DNA of 39,909 nt from a virus, in UHGV virus genome UHGV-0195847; one strand, given 5' to 3'. Shown here piece by piece: positions 35,001 through 39,909 of the stretch. The translations under genes and the position numbers were made by a program. A model generated the notes under the pieces. That model made no database searches, was not told the DNA's origin, and was given only the letters and a program-made list of their open reading frames with translations. Every line of letters begins with the position of its first letter. Position 1 is the first letter of the stretch.

Positions 35001-35129
35001 GAACTGCTAAGAAATATCATCGACCTGATTGAACGGATGGACCTGACGGTTAACATTGACATCCGGGAAATCAGGAAGAAGCTGGTGGAGCTGGATAAGC
35101 GCAGTGGTTATTCATTTGGCAGCACATAA
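32079..35129 (+). CDS. Tail tape measure protein
   Basis: 1019 aa, helical. Internal Gly-rich tract, Trp-rich periodic C-terminal region. Canonical position. Confidence 0.9.
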   Translation: MAANSVGQIGLDLVVNQNQFKQQMAGIQGLAKKAGAALAAAFAVKKIIDFGAQCIELGSDLAEVQNVVDVTFPRMSKQVDDFAKNAITSFGLSETMAKRFTGTFGAMAKAFGFGEQAAYEMSTTLTGLAGDVASFYNISQDEAYTKLKSVFTGETETLKDLGIVMTQSALDSYALANGYGKVTAKMSEAEKVALRYKFVQDQLSLASGDFIRTADGWANQVRVLKLQFDSLKATIGQGLINVLTPVIQVINRIISKLMSLANAFKAFTEMVTGKKGGGGASAATAGMDAMAQSADKAGAAAGGAGGAAKKAAKDMKSVSTGIDELNIINPDTDSGGGGSGGGTDGGYSADEFDMGELDTSLIDEVDSKYQGLLDRATQLKGIFLAGFKIGFGDTSVLDSMKESIQSIKDSLTEIFTSPEVQQAANRFANILAINLGKIAGSVVSIGASIADNLLGGISLFLQQNKDRIKEYIVAMFDIGSRIAEIEGKVAKAWSTVFSSLRSDSAKQINADIIGIFSEAFMGGTELAGTFAADVLDTITAPFIENADYIRTTLEDTFSAVEPVFSTIKDLAAETFEKIGTTYDEHVAPMLATFRQGFTEIGTLWLNLYNAHILPVLQNLSTRFVEFKDQYLSSLIDKFLEFGGKVADAVTKLWTGALQPFIEWFMSNVAPVIASCLQAAIDTFFGFWESVSGIIEGLLTALGGVIDFVVGVFTGDWSLAWEGIKEIFSGIWEALKELVSGAVTFIQNVVNLAWTAISGATSTIWNGIKTLLNTLWNWLKSLANTLFNAIKTSISTAWENVKSKTSEIWESIKEFVSNLWDTIKTAVDEKFTAMKDAIAGVWDTVRTKTKETWDGIWADIKGIINMIINGVESMANRVIDAINAMIDAVNEVADKVPGIGADFIPNIPNIHLPRLAQGGFVRANTPQLAMIGDNRHYGEIVAPEDKMQAMVDRAVALASQQSNGGMSEYYLGMMVELLRNIIDLIERMDLTVNIDIREIRKKLVELDKRSGYSFGST

Positions 35130-35146
35130 GGAGGCGGTTTTTATAC

Positions 35147-35524
35147 ATGGCGATAATCACAATCAATGGTCGAACGTTCCCGGGCCCTGATGTGGGTGGG
35201 AAGCTAACCGTGGCTACGAATGTATCCCAGGGCAAGAATGCCTTGGGGGAGTTCGTTGGACAAAAGGTAGGGCGGGACCAGTACAAGTTTGACAGCCTTC
35301 AGTGGAAACAGTTGGACGCAAAGACCTGGTCTGATATGTTGAAGGAGTTTGAGAAGTTTGTGGTCATAGCCCGGATACCGGATATGGTTAATAATGATTG
35401 GATGACTCTTAAGATGTATCCTGGGAACCGGACAGCGGAGCCGATTGCGTTTGATGCGGACGGACTTCCAACCTTATATCAGAACTGTAAAGTAAACATC
35501 GTAGATTGTGGGGTGATTGAGTAA
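35147..35524 (+). CDS. Small distal tail protein (gpM-like position)
   Basis: 125 aa immediately after TMP. Confidence 0.45.
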   Translation: MAIITINGRTFPGPDVGGKLTVATNVSQGKNALGEFVGQKVGRDQYKFDSLQWKQLDAKTWSDMLKEFEKFVVIARIPDMVNNDWMTLKMYPGNRTAEPIAFDADGLPTLYQNCKVNIVDCGVIE

Positions 35525-37755
35525 TGCAAAAGGCATCGAAGGAATATAGGCAGTCAATGGATTCAGTACCCCGTAACCAATCCTATATGGTAGTCACGAT
35601 TGGTATTATTAATCAGGTAGCCCAAAAGGATTCGACTGTGGTGCCGGAGCATGGCGCCGAATACAGCTACCTGTCTAATTTTACCCGGCTCCTGGACAAT
35701 TACGAAGTGGAACTGGAGTATGTCACCATGGAGCATAACTGGTTTAAGGCGGATGGCTCCATGGTATTTCCACCGCGGACAGATTCTGCGGATTACCTGT
35801 ATAATAACGGTGTCATTTCAAAGGATTTACTGGGACCCGTCTGTTTAAAGTTTGGGGCGGCCTATGATATCCGTGGACTGACCGTCAACTGGGGCAGGAA
35901 TTACCCGGTGGATTTTACAGTCAGTAATGGTACTAAGACTGTGGAATACACCGGAAATACCTTAAGCTATTGGACCATGGACGATATATTTGATGGGACT
36001 GAGTATCTGATAATTACGCCCACCAGGATGGTCAATGGCCAGGGGCGGCTGCGAATATACAAAATCCTTATGGGAATCGGCATCAGCTTTGAGAATAAGA
36101 AAATCCAGAAGGCCATAAAGACAGAATACATCAGCCCAGTGGCTGGAGAGTTATCAACGGTAGATTTTTCCTTGCAGATTGAGAACTACAACCGCATGTT
36201 TGATGTGGAGAACAAAGCCAGCGTTATTCATTATCTGGAGGTGGGCCAGGAAGTTACGGTCCGTTATGGCTATGATGTCCGGGACGGGAAAACCATATGG
36301 ATGGACGGCTGTGTTACCTATCTGTCTGATTGGGAAGCAGATGATACCATGATGAGTTTTAACAGTAAGGATAAGATAGATGACCTAAGTGACGTATATT
36401 ATCGGGGCCTATACCGGTCAGAAGGTATTACGCTGTATGACCTGGCGTTAGATGTCTTTAAAGATGCAGGGTTGGATGAAAGGGCCTATGAATTGGATGA
36501 GTACCTGAGAAAGGTCACCGTATACAACCCGTTGCCATGTGTGACTCATAAGGAATGCCTGCAGATTATAGCCAATGCCGGCCGGTGCAGACTGTACCAG
36601 GACCGCAAGGGAATCATTCGTATCCAGGCAGCCTTCGTGACGGTCATATCCCCGGAACGCATGATTGTACAGTCAGAGGATGCCACACCATGGAGTAACC
36701 TCCCGTCCGTGGTCAACAGCGCCACCAAGTATGAGTACGCAACCATGTCAAGGGACCATTGGAGGGTAGACGGGACCATGTACTTCCTGCCGCGGTCCGG
36801 GCAGTATCTGGCGGCCGGGTTTGTATCTGCACAGGTTGCGGATGCAGCCGGGAACTTCCAGGGCAACCCAAGGTTAACCATCATTTTGGAGGCAGCCATG
36901 GTCTACTACAGTCTGTGTCTTAATTTTTCCAGCAACCCAGCCCATGGTGTAACCATCCATACCTACTTTGAAGGGACACTGCAGGAGAGCTATGCAGTTC
37001 CGGGACCTTTTGGTGTTGAGAACATGATAAAGCATGAGTTTTCTCAGTTTGATACAATAGAGTTTGAGTTTACCCAAGGTCAGCCAAACAGTCGCGTATT
37101 TGTGGATTCCGTGGTATTCGGGGATGTGACGGACTATAACATGGATTACCGTGTTATGACCAAGACACCAGTTGGACGGCAGGAGGAGAAAGTTGGCCGG
37201 GTGGATATAGTACGGAATATCTATAGTGAGACAGATGAGGTCAAGAATATCTTTCAGGAAACGTTGGATGTGACAGGCTACAACTCCTATACCTTTTATT
37301 TTACAGAAGCATCCTATGATATATCGGCGGCGGCTGGTGGGGTGCTTCTTACTATTACAGGTAGCAGCAACTATTATGCGACTGTGGATGTATCTGGCTT
37401 AGTCGGGGAGTATGAGTTTGTGGTAGATGGTAAAGCTTATGCGGTGACCAGCAAGTTGTATTCCAAGGTCATCAACACGACTGGGACCGTGGAGGAGTGG
37501 AGCAACCCACTCATAAGCGAGGAGTCACTGGCGCAGCTGCAGGCGGACTGGTTGGGAAATTATTTCAGGAATAATATTGAATATGATATTACTTATCGTG
37601 GAGAACCAAGGCTGGATGCTGGAGACATCCTGTTCTTAGAGAATAAATATGTGGAAGGACTACAGATACAGATATGTGAGCACAAACTAAACTTTAACGG
37701 CGGCTCATTGTCTGGTACGGTCAAAGCAAGACGGGCTGTGGGACAGGAGGGATAA
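35524..37755 (+). CDS. Tail tip / baseplate protein (prophage tail endopeptidase-like)
   Basis: 743 aa. Position after the TMP/distal tail protein. Confidence 0.55.
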   Translation: MQKASKEYRQSMDSVPRNQSYMVVTIGIINQVAQKDSTVVPEHGAEYSYLSNFTRLLDNYEVELEYVTMEHNWFKADGSMVFPPRTDSADYLYNNGVISKDLLGPVCLKFGAAYDIRGLTVNWGRNYPVDFTVSNGTKTVEYTGNTLSYWTMDDIFDGTEYLIITPTRMVNGQGRLRIYKILMGIGISFENKKIQKAIKTEYISPVAGELSTVDFSLQIENYNRMFDVENKASVIHYLEVGQEVTVRYGYDVRDGKTIWMDGCVTYLSDWEADDTMMSFNSKDKIDDLSDVYYRGLYRSEGITLYDLALDVFKDAGLDERAYELDEYLRKVTVYNPLPCVTHKECLQIIANAGRCRLYQDRKGIIRIQAAFVTVISPERMIVQSEDATPWSNLPSVVNSATKYEYATMSRDHWRVDGTMYFLPRSGQYLAAGFVSAQVADAAGNFQGNPRLTIILEAAMVYYSLCLNFSSNPAHGVTIHTYFEGTLQESYAVPGPFGVENMIKHEFSQFDTIEFEFTQGQPNSRVFVDSVVFGDVTDYNMDYRVMTKTPVGRQEEKVGRVDIVRNIYSETDEVKNIFQETLDVTGYNSYTFYFTEASYDISAAAGGVLLTITGSSNYYATVDVSGLVGEYEFVVDGKAYAVTSKLYSKVINTTGTVEEWSNPLISEESLAQLQADWLGNYFRNNIEYDITYRGEPRLDAGDILFLENKYVEGLQIQICEHKLNFNGGSLSGTVKARRAVGQEG

Positions 37756-37756
37756 G

Positions 37757-38305
37757 TTGGCCAGAGAAGAGAATGCGAGTTATGAAGGGAAGGGGCAGAG
37801 AGGATTGTCAAGGGCGGGCCTGATAAACACTATATACCCAGTCGGTTCAATTTACATGTCTATTAATCCCACAAATCCATCGGAGTATTTCGGGGGTTCC
37901 TGGACACTTTTTGCACCAGGACGAACCTTGGTGTGTGTGGATACATCTCAAGCAGAATTTAATGTGGTGGAAAAACCTGGTGGCAGTAAGACTATAAACC
38001 TAAACCATACACATGCGACTGCAAACCATGCGTTAACTACTGAAGAAATGCCTTCTCATTCTCATGTAGGAGTAACCACTCATAATGAGAATAATTCGGC
38101 TTCTGGTCAGGGTTTTTCTGCTAATGATACGCATAGGGGGTTCCAGACAACGGATAGAGGAGGGCAGAACACAATGTGGGGAAGCATATCATATACGGGA
38201 AGCAATTGGGGGCATAACCATGGGAATACTGGTGCTAACCTTTCGTCAGCTCAGTCTATATTACAGCCTTATATGACATGCTACATGTGGAAACGGACCG
38301 CGTAA
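37757..38305 (+). CDS. Phage tail collar domain protein (MdpB-like receptor-binding component)
   Basis: YPVGSIYMSINPTNPSEYFGGSWT...GRTLVCVD...LTTEEMPSHSH matches the tail-collar domain signature. TTG start after GGAGGG. Confidence 0.7.
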   Translation: MAREENASYEGKGQRGLSRAGLINTIYPVGSIYMSINPTNPSEYFGGSWTLFAPGRTLVCVDTSQAEFNVVEKPGGSKTINLNHTHATANHALTTEEMPSHSHVGVTTHNENNSASGQGFSANDTHRGFQTTDRGGQNTMWGSISYTGSNWGHNHGNTGANLSSAQSILQPYMTCYMWKRTA

Positions 38306-38328
38306 TTAAAAAGAGGAGTGATAATTAT

Positions 38329-38727
38329 ATGTCCTGGAAGACACCTAAAACAGACTGGAAACATACAGATAATGTCAACATAGAAGATTATAACCGTTGG
38401 ATAGGAAATATTGCTTATCTAAAGGAATCATCCTTAGAGGTCTATAAGGCTTATACGTTGGTTTCGATGGGGGAGGAAAAGGGTTATGCAGACTATGTCT
38501 ATGCGGATGAAATAAATGCCATTGAGGCGAATTTGGCGGCCATATGTGCCAATACATACCCGTTTCCAGTTGGCAGTCAGCAAACCTATTATCCGAATCA
38601 ACCCACGCCAGATTACAAGGAGTTTAATCGAATTGAATCAGCATGTTTGTTGATATACAACAATTTGATAGGACAAATTAATGGTCGAAAGAGGCTGACA
38701 TTTACACTTGGAGGTGAAAGATTTTGA
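38329..38727 (+). CDS. XkdV-like tail-fibre N-terminal domain protein, copy 1
   Basis: MSWKTPKTDWKHTDNVNIEDYNRWIGNI. RBS AAGAGGAG. Confidence 0.5.
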   Translation: MSWKTPKTDWKHTDNVNIEDYNRWIGNIAYLKESSLEVYKAYTLVSMGEEKGYADYVYADEINAIEANLAAICANTYPFPVGSQQTYYPNQPTPDYKEFNRIESACLLIYNNLIGQINGRKRLTFTLGGERF

Positions 38728-39170
38728 AAACTGATTGGAAAGACGACATTTTTGAAGGAGAACACCGATTGTATAGCATTACTGATGCACCGGATGGCAG
38801 CGGTAAATATATCGAGGATATAACGCCCTATACGCAGCGAGGGGATGCTTTTGGTGGTTTACAGTTGCAACAGATAGGGGAGGAGGTAAACCGTATTCAG
38901 GGTTGCAGCAACATTATACTCACCGCCGCAGGGTGGACCGGAAGTTCAGCTCCTTATGAACAGGTTATTTCCATAGAAGGGATAACGGCCAATGATGTAC
39001 CTGGCGTGGGCATCGTGTATCCCAGCGGTTGTACCCGCCAGGAACAGAAGGCTATAAATAAGGCGGTAAGCTACATCTATGACATTGAGACTGGATCTGG
39101 TAGCGTGACGGTGAGGGCCACTGTAAAACCGACTGTCAATATTACGCTTGGCTTGAAAGGAGTAATGTAA
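38724..39170 (+). CDS. XkdV-like tail-fibre protein, copy 2
   Basis: MKTDWKDDIFEG...VNRIQG. Tandem paralog of previous. Confidence 0.5.
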   Translation: MKTDWKDDIFEGEHRLYSITDAPDGSGKYIEDITPYTQRGDAFGGLQLQQIGEEVNRIQGCSNIILTAAGWTGSSAPYEQVISIEGITANDVPGVGIVYPSGCTRQEQKAINKAVSYIYDIETGSGSVTVRATVKPTVNITLGLKGVM

Positions 39171-39171
39171 A

Positions 39172-39891
39172 ATGGCACATATACCGTTGATGATGGGGGG
39201 AGATGGAGGGGCGGACCTTGACTTAATTACGATTGTGTCAGCAGATGTACGTAAAGGCAAGACGTATGTGGATACCGATGGAAATGCTCAGAAGGGAACT
39301 ATGGCTGAAAAAGGGGCTGCAACCTACTACGGGCAGAACTATGACCAGGTAATAGCCGCCAACCAGTATCTGACCGGAAACCAGACAATCTTTGGCGATG
39401 GAAATTTACAGCCTTGGAATATTAGAAAAGGGGTGTCAATTTTTGGACGCGCCGGTACATTTCAAGGATGGGTAGATGGGGACTATAATATATTTTTGGA
39501 TGGGAATGTTTCTGGAACACGTTTTAATGGACAGTATACAAATTATGTAAATGTTGGCAGTACTATATCTTTTGCAACAAATGAACTCCAGCCAAGCGCT
39601 AAAGGCGTATACTTTACCTCTCCCGTTTCTCTTAGCGGTTATGGAAAACTATTTGTCCGTTATTCGACTGATTCGGCACCCTTAAGCGTTGGGGTGATTA
39701 GAGCCGGCGGAGGGTATGGGGACTGGGAAGTATCCAGCGGTAATAGATATTCAATCAATGGTAGTACTTATGAAATCGCCCTTGATATATATAGTGTATC
39801 AAGACAGGCAATGATTTTTATAGGAACAAACGGTTATAGCACTGGATGTAATGCGGCTATTCACCGAATTATCTTAGGTAGACCAGCATAG
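39172..39891 (+). CDS. Tail fibre / receptor-binding protein (hypothetical)
   Basis: 239 aa, Gly/Asn-rich. Last gene before the wrap-around to base 1. Confidence 0.5.
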   Translation: MAHIPLMMGGDGGADLDLITIVSADVRKGKTYVDTDGNAQKGTMAEKGAATYYGQNYDQVIAANQYLTGNQTIFGDGNLQPWNIRKGVSIFGRAGTFQGWVDGDYNIFLDGNVSGTRFNGQYTNYVNVGSTISFATNELQPSAKGVYFTSPVSLSGYGKLFVRYSTDSAPLSVGVIRAGGGYGDWEVSSGNRYSINGSTYEIALDIYSVSRQAMIFIGTNGYSTGCNAAIHRIILGRPA

Positions 39892-39909
39892 AAAGGAGAA
39901 ACAAGATTT

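Larger units (their letters stand above)
1..39909. mobile_element. Complete temperate siphovirus-like phage genome (integrase, repressor, replication, packaging, head, tail, lysis), apparently circularly permuted
   Basis: Full canonical lysogeny-to-lysis gene order on one molecule. 3' end of window (AAAGGAG + 11 nt) is positioned as an RBS for the ATG at base 1. Confidence 0.8.

Noticed and set aside
1-39909. CRISPR arrays, rRNA or tRNA genes, transposases/IS elements
   Set aside because: No regularly spaced direct repeats with unique spacers, no rRNA-like or cloverleaf-like segments, and no transposase-like ORFs were seen. The iterons at 15360-15600 are too short and irregular for CRISPR.

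Overview
The window reads as one complete temperate siphovirus-type phage genome of about 39.9 kb, most likely from a Firmicutes/Clostridia host (~50% GC). It is probably circularly permuted or circularly closed: the last bases carry an AAAGGAG ribosome-binding site that sits at the right distance from the ATG at base 1. Gene order, using the same numbering as the rows below: (1-5) end of the tail-fibre/lysis module (coiled-coil protein, two tandem XkdX-like mini-genes, holin, NlpC/P60 endolysin). (6) An AT-rich minus-strand moron encoding a GT-C-like polytopic membrane protein. (7) A ~470-bp attP-like non-coding region with GGTAGGCA/TGCCTACC arm-type repeats. (8-11) A minus-strand lysogeny operon: tyrosine integrase, glycine-zipper + SHOCT protein, ImmA/IrrE metallopeptidase, XRE repressor. 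(12) Divergent TTGACT promoters with ACCGTTAACGG operators. (13-19) Cro-like protein, excisionase and small early genes. (20-25) A recombination/replication module (Gp157-like, Sak4/AAA_24 ATPase, RusA, SF2 helicase, DUF669, P4-type primase) followed by a GGGGGCA iteron array with an AT-rich core, a candidate origin. (26-33) A block of Cys-rich/zinc-ribbon proteins including a 678-aa DUF3102-like protein. (34) A sigma-region-4-like late activator. (35) An AT-rich 3-TM membrane-protein moron with its own extended -10 promoter and terminator, inserted just before terS. (36-38) TerS, PBSX-type TerL and portal. (40) A MuF/gp7 head-morphogenesis protein fused to an AT-richer C-terminal domain with an HExxH motif, followed by a small candidate immunity ORF (41). 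(42-53) Scaffold, major capsid, connector and tail proteins, including chaperones with a probable +1 frameshift and a 1019-aa tape measure. (54-59) Tail tip, collar-domain and XkdV-like fibre proteins. Unexplained signals: a perfect 16-bp palindrome GTTGCGATATCGCAAC present three times, each beside a hairpin/T-run element and upstream of a key gene (endolysin, integrase, scaffold); a related TTGTGAC-type palindrome family clustered inside the 678-aa gene; and terminator-like hairpins directly abutting the RBS of endolysin and terS.
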